From NCBI GenBank assembly GCA_022866045.1, contig JALHTW010000049.1:11041-75040 (forward strand): a stretch of 64,000 bases of DNA, read 5' to 3'. Shown one piece after another: positions 39,541 through 48,467 of the stretch. Position 1 is the stretch's first letter, and each line of letters opens with the position of its first letter. Source of the stretch: Candidatus Aminicenantes bacterium. Its GTDB lineage: Bacteria; Acidobacteriota; Aminicenantia; Aminicenantales; UBA4085. The position numbers and the translations under genes were made by a program. A model generated the notes under the pieces. The model was given only the letters and a program-made list of their open reading frames with translations. It was not told where the DNA came from and ran no database searches.

Positions 39541-39692
39541 AAAGAGTGTCACGCTTGTCGTTAGCAGCCAAACGTCGCCAAATAGGTGTCAACCTGTTTT
39601 CCGCTGTATCTCGTGAAGTTCATGGTGGACGCCGTGACCGCCAGGGTGTTTACGCTGACCTCTTTGAGAAGCAAGCCCGGTCCTATCGTTAG
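39541..39692 (+). pseudogene. collapsed remnant of a second ABC exporter paralog (5' fragment joined out of frame to last 16 codons)
   Basis: 39601-39643 is ~95% identical to 36541-36582 of the ABC gene. 39644-39692 encodes GVYADLFEKQARSYR*, versus GGTYARLFEMQAQHYR* at the ABC C-terminus. Confidence 0.6.
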
Positions 39693-39715
39693 CCGCAAGA
39701 ACTGGAGGACTTATC

Positions 39716-40963
39716 ATGGAACAAAGAGAAGCGGGCAGACTTTTATGCGATTTTCTTTCAGGTAGAAAAATACCAGAAGCCAGGCTCGAAAAATTATCGC
39801 CGGCTGATGGGGAGAGTCTGGCAGACTTGGCGCTGCGTTTTAAAGTGGGGGGGTTGTTCTATCGGGAAATAAAGTCCCGTAACATTCCGACTGAGCTTAT
39901 CCCGGTTGATGTCAGAAACAGACTCAGGGACGCCTACCGCAACCTGGCCACTGTGAACACGAGTCTTTTTCTTGATGCCTCAAAAGTTCTTAAGTCTCTG
40001 GCCGACAATCAACTGCCGGTCATTGCGCTCAAAGGTCTTTCGCTGGCAAAAAATATCTATGGTGATATCGCTTTAAGACCAATGTCCGATATGGATCTTT
40101 TAGTGAAAGAAGAAGATCTGGTCAGGGCCGGCCGGATACTGCTGGCTCTTGGCTATAAGCCGCATTTTTCTGCTTGGGAGAGCATGTTGAAGACTCGCCG
40201 TCATTTGCCGCCTTTTACGAATAAAAGCGGGGCGATGATAGAACTTCACTGGAATATTGTGACTCCGGATAGCCCCATTGAAGTAGATCTTGACGGGTTG
40301 TGGGAGAGAGCGTGTCTTATCAAAGTGGATAATGTCGAGGTCCGGGCTTTTTCTCCGGAGGATTTATTTTTACATTTGTGTATCCATGCTGGTCATCATC
40401 TGCAGACCGGAATAGACTTGATTCCTTTCTGTGATATGGCCGGATTGATAAAAACATCCGGAGATAAAATCGACTGGCAAATAGTCATTGAGAGGGCCAC
40501 CCGGTGGGGCGGCCAAAAGTGTGTTTACCTGATGTTGCTTCTGGTCCGGGAATTGCTGGGAGCGGCGCCGCCGGATAAAATTATGTCAGAAATAAAACCC
40601 GATGATTACCGGTCTGTTTTTTTTGATGAAGCCCTGGAACAGATTTTTGATGTAAGCCCGGCAGGTCAGCTGTTTAGAATAAGAATCGGCAAACTTTCAA
40701 AAATAAAAAAAGTTAAAGGGATTAGAGGTAAAGTTTTGGCTCTTTTAAAAGGAGTTTTTCCGTCAAGGGAGAATCTGGCCCGCATCTATCCGGTGTCGGT
40801 TTCTTCCCCGAAGATATATCTGTGTTATTTATTTCGCCTGGGCCGCATGATTGTCTACTATACGATTGTGCTTCTTCGGTTATTCCGCCGTGATCAATCG
40901 GTTATAAAAGCGGTCCATCAGGAGCATCGGGTGAGCGCGGTTTCCGACTGGATGTTTTCATAA
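39716..40963 (+). CDS. nucleotidyltransferase-family protein (PF14907-like, HPr-rel-A-system-type NTase)
   Basis: Pol-beta-like motif GDIALRPMSDMDLLVKEED (hG..x9-13 DxD). About 415 aa. Sits in a neighbourhood with PqqD-like and HprK-like genes. Confidence 0.5.
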   Translation: MEQREAGRLLCDFLSGRKIPEARLEKLSPADGESLADLALRFKVGGLFYREIKSRNIPTELIPVDVRNRLRDAYRNLATVNTSLFLDASKVLKSLADNQLPVIALKGLSLAKNIYGDIALRPMSDMDLLVKEEDLVRAGRILLALGYKPHFSAWESMLKTRRHLPPFTNKSGAMIELHWNIVTPDSPIEVDLDGLWERACLIKVDNVEVRAFSPEDLFLHLCIHAGHHLQTGIDLIPFCDMAGLIKTSGDKIDWQIVIERATRWGGQKCVYLMLLLVRELLGAAPPDKIMSEIKPDDYRSVFFDEALEQIFDVSPAGQLFRIRIGKLSKIKKVKGIRGKVLALLKGVFPSRENLARIYPVSVSSPKIYLCYLFRLGRMIVYYTIVLLRLFRRDQSVIKAVHQEHRVSAVSDWMFS

Positions 40964-41147
40964 TGATCTGTGCCCAGAAATAAAATCTTAAAAATGGGGA
41001 CAGCTGTACGAGCTCACTCATTCGGTAACTTTTCGTGGTTTATCAAAAGGTGTTTCATAGTTCAGGTCTCCATGTTTCCTCAGGTGGTTATATTCCAAAC
41101 ATGGAATATTTTTCCGAGGTTCTTTTGTTCAGACGATTACTAAAGTA

Positions 41148-42287
41148 TTAAGCTGCGATTTTCTTTTTATTTTTTTTGAGATATTCCAAGAAAAACGTGA
41201 GGAACCCAAAGATGGTCAAACCAATCAGGCCGGCGATTAACACATTCATTTTTTTCTTTGGCGCTACTGGACCTGGAGATGGCGTTGGTTCTTTTATGAG
41301 CTGGGCATAGTCGATTCTCGTTTTTCGTTCGATCAGGAGCTCGATCTGTTTTTTGAAGTTTTCCGTAGAGTTGCTGATCTTAGCGGCAGCATTTTTGTAC
41401 TTTTCAATCTGGGCGTCGATTTCCTTAAGATTTTCAGTTTTTATTTTAATCTCTAACTTCAGGGACTCTTGAAGGTTTTTTTCCACGCTCAAATTTCCGT
41501 CGAGTGTACCGTAATACTGGAGGTTGCTCTGGACATAGCTCATATATAAAAGCAGGCCGATGGATTCTCCCGTTTCGCGTTGTTCCGCCAAGGTTTTTTT
41601 TAGCTGTTCCTCTAAGGCTTCCATTCTTTTTTTGACGGATCCCATTTCTTCAGAAATGTTTTTGGCACGCTCTTCGGAAATATTTATTCTATTTTCATCC
41701 GTCGATATTTCCTGCCTGGTTTTCGTCTTTTGAATGTCCAAGAGCTTGATTTCATTGTAGTTATCTTTGATTATCAACTCATTTTGTTTGATGGCATTTT
41801 CGTTTGAGGCGATCTGCGTATCGAGACCCTTGATTTGCACGTCGAGTTTTCTGTCCAGCTCATTTTTGAGATGTCGGAAAAGAGAATTTAATATCTTAAT
41901 TCCTCGGTCGATATTGGAGTCCCTTATCCAAAACCTCACAAGCTTTGTGTCCTTGAGGTTCTCCGCTTTAATGGCGGATAATGTTCTGGGGTCGAGATTT
42001 AATTCCGCGGCGATAAGGTCACTGTAGGCATGCTGATTGATTTGGCCGGCGATCTGTCTTGGGTCAACGACGAGGACCTCTAAAAATTGGACATTCTCAG
42101 CCTGAACGTAAAATTTACTGGGCTGGATGATGGCGTCGACTTCCCAGACAGGAGTTATAAAAAAGCTGACGATCCCCGCTGTAACCGCAATAATAAGCGT
42201 TGGGACGATGATCATCCATTTTCTTCTCCAAAGGACTTCCAAATATTCCATGAGATTGATTTCTTCATTATGCTCGGTCTCGTTCAT
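41148..42287 (-). CDS. wzz: Wzz / polysaccharide co-polymerase chain-length determinant
   Basis: N-terminal EINLMEYLEVLWRRKWMIIVPTLIIAVTAGIVSFF TM helix, long coiled-coil periplasmic region, C-terminal TM helix. AT-rich. Confidence 0.7.
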   Translation of the reverse strand: MNETEHNEEINLMEYLEVLWRRKWMIIVPTLIIAVTAGIVSFFITPVWEVDAIIQPSKFYVQAENVQFLEVLVVDPRQIAGQINQHAYSDLIAAELNLDPRTLSAIKAENLKDTKLVRFWIRDSNIDRGIKILNSLFRHLKNELDRKLDVQIKGLDTQIASNENAIKQNELIIKDNYNEIKLLDIQKTKTRQEISTDENRINISEERAKNISEEMGSVKKRMEALEEQLKKTLAEQRETGESIGLLLYMSYVQSNLQYYGTLDGNLSVEKNLQESLKLEIKIKTENLKEIDAQIEKYKNAAAKISNSTENFKKQIELLIERKTRIDYAQLIKEPTPSPGPVAPKKKMNVLIAGLIGLTIFGFLTFFLEYLKKNKKKIAA

Positions 42288-42358
42288 GGGGTCCTCGCCA
42301 TATTAAAAATAAGAAGTTATGATACGTGATTTGGAATAAAATTCAAGAGAAAATATTC

Positions 42359-42901
42359 TCACTTCTCTTTTACCATAAATTCTAGGGCGAATTGATAATT
42401 ATTATAATCATCGATGGGGACTCGACCCGCTTTAGACCAATCTCCCTTTGGGAGAAACGTGGCTTTTGCAAAGGGCCTGCAATCTTCGGGCTTCCCGGTT
42501 AATTCGTTTTCATAAAAAAGGTGGGCGGTAAAACTATGGTAGGTATTCGGATATTTCTCTATGGTGGCCTTGATAATTTCCCGGACCAGCTCTTCGACTT
42601 TTTTTTGAGGTGTTTGATCGGGAACGCAGACCCAGAGGAATTTGTGAATAGGCGCGGAACCTAGGGCTTGGGTCTTGATGATCCTGCAGCGGATGCCTGT
42701 CCGAGCCGTGATGTCCTGCGTGTTGATTTCGGAAGCTGTCACGTGGGCTTGAGTGTCTGCCGGTTTGGGCGGAGCCGCTCTTTTACAGCCGGTAAGAACG
42801 CAAAGAGAAAGAAATCCTATGGCCAGTCCGATTCTCAGGGAAAGAGAAACCCCCGATTTTTTCATTTCCGCCTCCACATAACGAGGTTCCCCAAAACTCA
42901 A
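42359..42901 (-). CDS. hypothetical lipoprotein
   Basis: Signal peptide with lipobox LTGC (…CVLTGCKRA). 180 aa. Confidence 0.45.
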   Translation of the reverse strand: MSFGEPRYVEAEMKKSGVSLSLRIGLAIGFLSLCVLTGCKRAAPPKPADTQAHVTASEINTQDITARTGIRCRIIKTQALGSAPIHKFLWVCVPDQTPQKKVEELVREIIKATIEKYPNTYHSFTAHLFYENELTGKPEDCRPFAKATFLPKGDWSKAGRVPIDDYNNYQFALEFMVKEK

Positions 42902-43245
42902 AATTGTGACTTATTCTTTATCACAATCGGCCTACGCCTGTCAATTTATTGAAGTTGTCCACTTTTAAAACACAGAGGGAATACGCCTATCGAATTCCCA
43001 TGTTTTCATGATCATCGAAAGAGCAGATGTCAACGGAATTCAGTTTTTGCACCTAAAGAAGGGAGCTACTCAACGGGCCGGCTAATCTGTCGCTTAAAAG
43101 AACGAATAGCTGATTGAAACAAAATCGATCGCGTTCCAATTAATTTGATGCTCCAACAAGGTCCCCAATAAAGATTGGGCCGAACGGGAGATTAAACCAA
43201 GAAGTGAAAAACAACGTCCTTTCGATCCTCTTCGGTTATTCGTTC

Positions 43246-43392
43246 AATTGAGGACGAGGGGGACACGATCCCAAATTCCGTAGAATTTGGGTCATGTCCC
43301 CGAATTCGGCGCCCGGCTGAAAATTCAGGATCTGGAGATACAACGTAATTCATGAATAATTCAGGTTAGTGATTGAATGGGATTCTTCGCTG
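43246..43392. repeat. REP-like palindrome-rich intergenic repeat, copy A
   Basis: Near-identical to 56792-56937. Contains the hairpin ggggacacgatcccaaattc-cgt-agaatttgggtcatgtcccc and the palindrome aattcatgaataattca. Confidence 0.7.
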
Positions 43393-43419
43393 CGCTCAGA
43401 ATGACAGGGGGAGGTGATT

Positions 43420-44409
43420 TTACCCTTTGTCGTTTTCCCGCTCGAGCGCCTTCAATAATTCCTCGGGCGAGCAGACGGCTGTGCCGATCTTTCCCACAAC
43501 GACGCCCGCAGCGGCGTTGGCCATGGCCGCCGCCTCTTGGATCGTCGCGCCCGCCAGCAGCCCCAGCGCCGCCGTCGCGATCACGGTATCGCCCGCGCCC
43601 GTGACATCGAAAACCTCCCGGGCGATGGTCGGAATGTGGACGGGCTTTTTTCCCTTCTCGAAGATGGACATGCCCTGTTCGCCGCGCTTGATGATCAAGT
43701 AGCGGCTCGCCGCCAGGGCCAGGATCTCCCGCCCCGCGCGCTCGATGTCCGCGTCCGAATGGCAGGCGTGATGGACAATCCGCTCGGCTTCTTGATGGTT
43801 GGGAGAGAGGAAGGTTACGGGAGAATAGAGCGCGAAATTCTCCACCTTGGGGTCGACAAACACCGGGATCTTCCGCTTTAAGGCGAAAGGCAGCACGCGT
43901 TCCATCAGCGTCCGCGTCACGATGCCCTTGTTGTAATCCGAGATGACGATCCCTTCGTATTTTTCTTTCTCGATGAAACCGGCGATCTTCTCTTCGATCT
44001 CGGACGCGACGGGCTTCTTTTTCTCCTGGTCTACCCGGACGACCTGCTGGTGTTGGGCGATGATGCGCATTTTGACCGTCGTCGGCCGTTCCGCGTCGAT
44101 GAATATTCCGCGGCTTTCGCCAACGTAGCGCTTGATCCAGGCTCCTTCCTCGTCATCGCCCACGACGCCCACGAGGATCGGCGACGCGCCCAGGGACCCG
44201 AGGTTTTGGCTGACGTTGCCGGAGCCGCCAAGGCAGGAGGTGCTCTTGCGGACCTCCACGACGGGCACCGGCGCTTCGGGCGAAATGCGGGAGACGTCGC
44301 CCCAGATATACCGGTCGAGCATCACGTCGCCGAGGACGAGCACCCGCCGGCCTTTGAATTTCCTGATGAGACGTTGAGTTTTTTGGATATTCAAAGAAAG
44401 CGCGGTCAT
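43420..44409 (-). CDS. hldE: D-glycero-beta-D-manno-heptose 7-phosphate kinase (HldE/RfaE domain I, PfkB family)
   Basis: RVLVLGDVMLDRYIWGDVSRISPEAPVPVVEV is the canonical RfaE domain I N-terminus. C-terminal GAGDT motif. ATGA overlap with the upstream PHP gene. Confidence 0.8.
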   Translation of the reverse strand: MTALSLNIQKTQRLIRKFKGRRVLVLGDVMLDRYIWGDVSRISPEAPVPVVEVRKSTSCLGGSGNVSQNLGSLGASPILVGVVGDDEEGAWIKRYVGESRGIFIDAERPTTVKMRIIAQHQQVVRVDQEKKKPVASEIEEKIAGFIEKEKYEGIVISDYNKGIVTRTLMERVLPFALKRKIPVFVDPKVENFALYSPVTFLSPNHQEAERIVHHACHSDADIERAGREILALAASRYLIIKRGEQGMSIFEKGKKPVHIPTIAREVFDVTGAGDTVIATAALGLLAGATIQEAAAMANAAAGVVVGKIGTAVCSPEELLKALERENDKG

Positions 44410-45518
44410 CGGTTTTCCCTTCCAAAATAGATCGGATTGGACAAGATCCACGGAACGCCGGGGGCGAGGGGCGTCCGCTCACGGAGATAGACTTCGGCGC
44501 GATAGACGCCGGGTCCGCTGAGAGGGAGCGTCACTTCGTTATCGCGCGTCTGGTGAATCATTTTGCCGTCATGAATGATAACTATTTCGTGGGCGAATGA
44601 AAAGGGCGCGATGGCGCGAAGCGAGCCGGCCTCGAGCCAGAAGCGGAAGCCGCGCGCGTCAGCGGCCGCGTCCACCGCGCTGTAAAAGCTACCGCGGCGG
44701 AGCGCATCGAAGACCTGCCGCCGGGCCGTCTCAAAATCCGCGGACCGCGGTTTGTCGAGCAGGACGTGCAGATGAAAGACCGGAAAGATGGCGCCGTAGA
44801 GCAGGTGGGCATCGGCGCTGAAAAAGCCGAGGGCCGGCCGCCGGCTCAACAGCTGGTCCCACTTGCGCAGAGCCTGCTCCGGCGGGTCGATCATCTTCAG
44901 CAGGGCGAATCCCGGCTTGATGAGAAGCGCGGGAAGATAGGACAGGGTGCGGACCGGATGGCGTTTCAGCATGGTGTCCGCGTCGATGATCTCAATGCCG
45001 GCGTATTCGAAGAGATCGCCCCACGACCAGCGGACTTTGGAATAGGGGTGGGCGATGATCGCGAAGCCGCCGAGGGCCGCGATCTCCCGGACAGCGACTT
45101 CGGCGTCCCGGGAGAATGCCGTGGAGTCTTTGGGGCGGTCGAATCCTAGGGCGACCAGATGTCCGCGGTTCGTGGAGAGCTCGGAGCCGGCCAGAACGAG
45201 CAGGCCATGGTTCCATCCCTGGGCGTCGAGCGTCGCGTAGTTCGGCTTGCCGTGATCGGCGAGGATGATGAAGTCCAGCCCGGCGCCGGCGGCCGTTTCG
45301 GCGATCTTGTCCACGGTCTTCCAGCCGTCCGAATAGCGCGAATGGATGTGATAGACGCCCGAGAATTCGTAAAGAGGAGGAACGGGCAAGGCTGCCTGCG
45401 CTGTTGTTGAGATGGGGGATTCGTATCGCTTGAATCGAGCGATCTGCCAGCCCAGCCAGAGGACATAAAGTCCAAATGCGGCCAGGACAGTGCGCCCGAG
45501 GATCTTTTTAATTCTCAT
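44406..45518 (-). CDS. PHP-domain metal-dependent phosphoesterase with N-terminal membrane anchor
   Basis: GVYHIHSRYSDGWKTVDKIAETAAGAGLDFIILADHG is the PHP His/Asp motif cluster. Confidence 0.55.
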   Translation of the reverse strand: MRIKKILGRTVLAAFGLYVLWLGWQIARFKRYESPISTTAQAALPVPPLYEFSGVYHIHSRYSDGWKTVDKIAETAAGAGLDFIILADHGKPNYATLDAQGWNHGLLVLAGSELSTNRGHLVALGFDRPKDSTAFSRDAEVAVREIAALGGFAIIAHPYSKVRWSWGDLFEYAGIEIIDADTMLKRHPVRTLSYLPALLIKPGFALLKMIDPPEQALRKWDQLLSRRPALGFFSADAHLLYGAIFPVFHLHVLLDKPRSADFETARRQVFDALRRGSFYSAVDAAADARGFRFWLEAGSLRAIAPFSFAHEIVIIHDGKMIHQTRDNEVTLPLSGPGVYRAEVYLRERTPLAPGVPWILSNPIYFGRENR

Positions 45519-45537
45519 TTATTGTCCCTGAAGGATT

Positions 45538-46746
45538 TCATTGCGAGGCGTTTTGCGCCGCGGCCGCCTCGCCATTTTTAAGCCGCTCCAAGGCGAACGG
45601 AATGGTGATGATGAACAATAAAAGCGTTGAGACCTCTGAATCGCCGAAGTTATACTCGAAAAATCCGGCGGCGATGAAAGCCGCCAGCGCCGCGAGCGCG
45701 CCGGCCGCCGGAGCCAAAAGCCCCTTCGCCCTTTTCTTCACCAGCCTGGCCAACGAGACAAATACCGTCACAACAAAAGTCAGCCAGGCGAGAAGGGTCG
45801 CGATCCCCCGTTCGGCCGCGATCTGAATGATGTTATTGTGGAGATGGACGTTCCGCTTATAACTCTCCTCGAGGCCGTACTTCGGGTTTTGAAAGACCAT
45901 GTCCACGGTGTCGGGGCCTGTCCCGAGCCAAGGAAAATCTTTGATGATCTTGATCCCGGCATGGATATATTCGACACGGGCCATGTTGGAGAATTCGCGG
46001 AAGCTGAAAATGCTCAGGGCCCGGTCTTTGACCGGTTTCGGGCTGACGAAGAAGATGAGCCCGGCAAGGACGGGAACGAGGATGAGCGTTTTCGGCTTCC
46101 AGAGGAGAAGGCTGACGCACAGGGCCACGGCCAGGCCGATCCATCCGCTCCGCGTCAGCGTCAGGATCAGGGCGATCGAGGAGAGGACGAGCCCGGAGGC
46201 CCAGAGAAGCCGCTGGCGGCCCCGGCCCAAGAAAATAAATCCCATGGCGACCGCCCCGAACAGGATAAGGAGCCCGGCCTGGGTCATGTAATGGCCCATG
46301 AATCCCTTGACCCGCTGGCCAGGATCGGCCTTAAAAATAAAATAGGCGATGGAATAGGCGGCGTTGATGAAACCCGAGCCGAGAAGGGCGACGAACAAAA
46401 GTTCGATATCATCCCTGCACGTAAAGGCGGTGAAGACGATGAGGATGAGGACATAGAGAAGGAGCTCCCGCGAATCCTTGAAGCTCATTTCCGTGTTCAC
46501 CGAATAGATCGAGGAAACGAGGGACAGCCAGGCGTAGACGAGGAGAGGCCAGAAGAACGAGGGAAAAGCGAGCCGGCGCTTTTTCTGGAGGAGAAGAAGG
46601 AGCCAGGATAAGAGAGCGAGGGTCAAAAAGATCTGGACGATTGAGATCGAGATCTGGGAGAACAGAAGACAGATTGCGAGGGAGAAAAGAAGCGAGATTT
46701 CCCAAGGGGTCTTGCCGGTCGTGAGTTTATGGAAATAATCTCTCAT
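45538..46746 (-). CDS. O-antigen ligase-like (Wzy_C / WaaL-like) polytopic membrane protein
   Basis: About 10-12 TM helices with a periplasmic loop. LPS core context. Confidence 0.45.
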   Translation of the reverse strand: MRDYFHKLTTGKTPWEISLLFSLAICLLFSQISISIVQIFLTLALLSWLLLLLQKKRRLAFPSFFWPLLVYAWLSLVSSIYSVNTEMSFKDSRELLLYVLILIVFTAFTCRDDIELLFVALLGSGFINAAYSIAYFIFKADPGQRVKGFMGHYMTQAGLLILFGAVAMGFIFLGRGRQRLLWASGLVLSSIALILTLTRSGWIGLAVALCVSLLLWKPKTLILVPVLAGLIFFVSPKPVKDRALSIFSFREFSNMARVEYIHAGIKIIKDFPWLGTGPDTVDMVFQNPKYGLEESYKRNVHLHNNIIQIAAERGIATLLAWLTFVVTVFVSLARLVKKRAKGLLAPAAGALAALAAFIAAGFFEYNFGDSEVSTLLLFIITIPFALERLKNGEAAAAQNASQ

Positions 46747-46867
46747 AACCCGCCTATTATATCATTTTATGTATTCGCGAATAAAAGGAGCTTTTCATTT
46801 TAATTCCGGAAAAAGAGACGCTTCCTTTTCATCTTATTCTCCCCCTTTTTAAAGAGAAGAGGAGGGA

Positions 46868-47905
46868 TCATAGATACGGCCGGCAGGCGGCGAAAACCTC
46901 TTCGGGCGTGATCGTGAGCAGGCACCGGAAATCGTTCGTGACGCACTCCCGCTGCTTGCACGGCCGGCAAGGGACATCTTTTTCGAGGATCACGGTCCGG
47001 CTCCCTTTTGTCCGCCAGGGGGCGAAATTCGAGGGCAAGGTCGGGCCGAAATAGGCCACGATCGGCGTTGCCGTGGACGCGGCAATGTGCATCGGGCCGC
47101 TGTCCGGTCCGACGAAAAGCGCGGCGCGCGCGATCAATTCTTTGATCTCGATGAGGTTCAGCCGGCCGGCGAGAGGGACGGCGATATTCTTCGTTGTGGT
47201 GAGGAGTTCGGCCTCGGCCCTCTGATCGTCTTCCCCTCCGATGAGGGCAACTTTCACGGCCGGGATTTGGCCGAGACGCTTTATCAGCGCCGCGATATGG
47301 GGCAATCCCCAGTCCCGGAACCGGTTTCCGGCGCCAATGTGAAGAACGACGACCTTCGCCTCTTCGGCGCCGCCCGCTCCGGCCTTCCCCAGAATACCCT
47401 GGACGCGTTTGATTTCCTCCGCATCCGGCTCGGGGAGAAAGAGGGGCGGGATATCGGTCTCGTCAAACGCGGCCCCGAGGGCCCGGACGAGATTGGCGTG
47501 ATTCTGAACGCTGTGGATGGGGCCGTTCGGTCCTTGCCGCGAGACCTGGATGTCGTAGAGAAAGCTTTTATTCTTGATCGTGTAACCGACCTTGAGCCTT
47601 GCCCCGCTCCAGAACGTGATCCAGGACGCGCGCGGCCCGCCGTGAAAATCCAGGAGAACATCATACTTTTCTTTCCGGACCTCGCCGATGAGCCGGATGA
47701 AGTCTTTGAACTTTTGTCTACGCGGCGTGGCGATGACCCGGTCGAGGTGCGGGTTCCCTTCGACGAGCCTTCGATACGGCTCTTCGACAAGATACGTCAG
47801 CGACGTCTCGGGGAAATGCTTTTTAAGGAGCGCCACGGCGGGCGTCGTCATCACGACGTCACCGATGCGGCGCAGCCGGATGAGCAGGATTTTGGACGGG
47901 GTCAA
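46868..47905 (-). CDS. glycosyltransferase family 9, ADP-heptose:LPS heptosyltransferase-like
   Basis: KILLIRLRRIGDVVMTTPAVALLKKHFP is the classic GT9 N-terminus. Confidence 0.8.
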   Translation of the reverse strand: MTPSKILLIRLRRIGDVVMTTPAVALLKKHFPETSLTYLVEEPYRRLVEGNPHLDRVIATPRRQKFKDFIRLIGEVRKEKYDVLLDFHGGPRASWITFWSGARLKVGYTIKNKSFLYDIQVSRQGPNGPIHSVQNHANLVRALGAAFDETDIPPLFLPEPDAEEIKRVQGILGKAGAGGAEEAKVVVLHIGAGNRFRDWGLPHIAALIKRLGQIPAVKVALIGGEDDQRAEAELLTTTKNIAVPLAGRLNLIEIKELIARAALFVGPDSGPMHIAASTATPIVAYFGPTLPSNFAPWRTKGSRTVILEKDVPCRPCKQRECVTNDFRCLLTITPEEVFAACRPYL

Positions 47906-48120
47906 TTTTTCGTCGGGCGGTTGGGCTCGATCGTGGCCTCTTCGATCAGCATGACCGGGATGTCATCCTTGATCTGATAGACGCGGTGGCATTTCACGCA
48001 TTTCAGCCCTTTCTCATCCGCCGTGAGCTTCACGTCCGCCTTGCACTGGGGACAGGCCAGGATGTCGAGAAGTTGGGGATCAAGTGCCATGTCGGCTCTC
48101 CTGTTTGATTTTATTGGCAA
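47902..48120 (-). CDS. Trm112/YcaR-like small zinc-ribbon protein (DUF343)
   Basis: LLDILACPQCKADVKL...LKCVKCHRVYQIKDDIPVMLIEEA. Confidence 0.75.
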   Translation of the reverse strand: MPIKSNRRADMALDPQLLDILACPQCKADVKLTADEKGLKCVKCHRVYQIKDDIPVMLIEEATIEPNRPTKN

Positions 48121-48215
48121 TAAAAATAATTCGGAAATAGGATATCCTAGAATGTCCCGAGCGTCAACCTTGACAAAAAGCGCTTAATCGATTAATCTAC
48201 GCGAAGGAGGATTTT

Positions 48216-48467
48216 ATGATGAACACGGCAACCATCCGCATCCCTGAAGATAAAAAGAACATGCTAAAAGCCGTATCCTGCCTGGAGAACAAAAAGATCA
48301 ACGAGATCATCGTCGAGCTCATTGAAGAATATCTCCAACGGCACAAAGAGACGATCGAACTCCTTTCGATCCCCGGACTCTCTGAACGTGTCGCGGCCGC
48401 CTCGGCGGAATTCCGCAAGGGGAAGGGAATCAGCCTGAAAAATGGGCGAAAAGAACTGGACCGTTGA
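48216..48467 (+). CDS. type II antitoxin (partner of RelE/ParE toxin)
   Basis: 83-aa ORF immediately upstream of, and overlapping, the RelE/ParE-like gene. Strong AGGAGG RBS. Confidence 0.55.
   Translation: MMNTATIRIPEDKKNMLKAVSCLENKKINEIIVELIEEYLQRHKETIELLSIPGLSERVAAASAEFRKGKGISLKNGRKELDR

Noticed and set aside
39228-39692. 154-aa ORF overlapping the 3' end of the methyltransferase gene
   Set aside because: It is in a different frame from the well-supported methyltransferase. Its only recognisable part is the last ~16 codons, which derive from the ABC-gene remnant, so it is treated as a pseudogene scar rather than a CDS.
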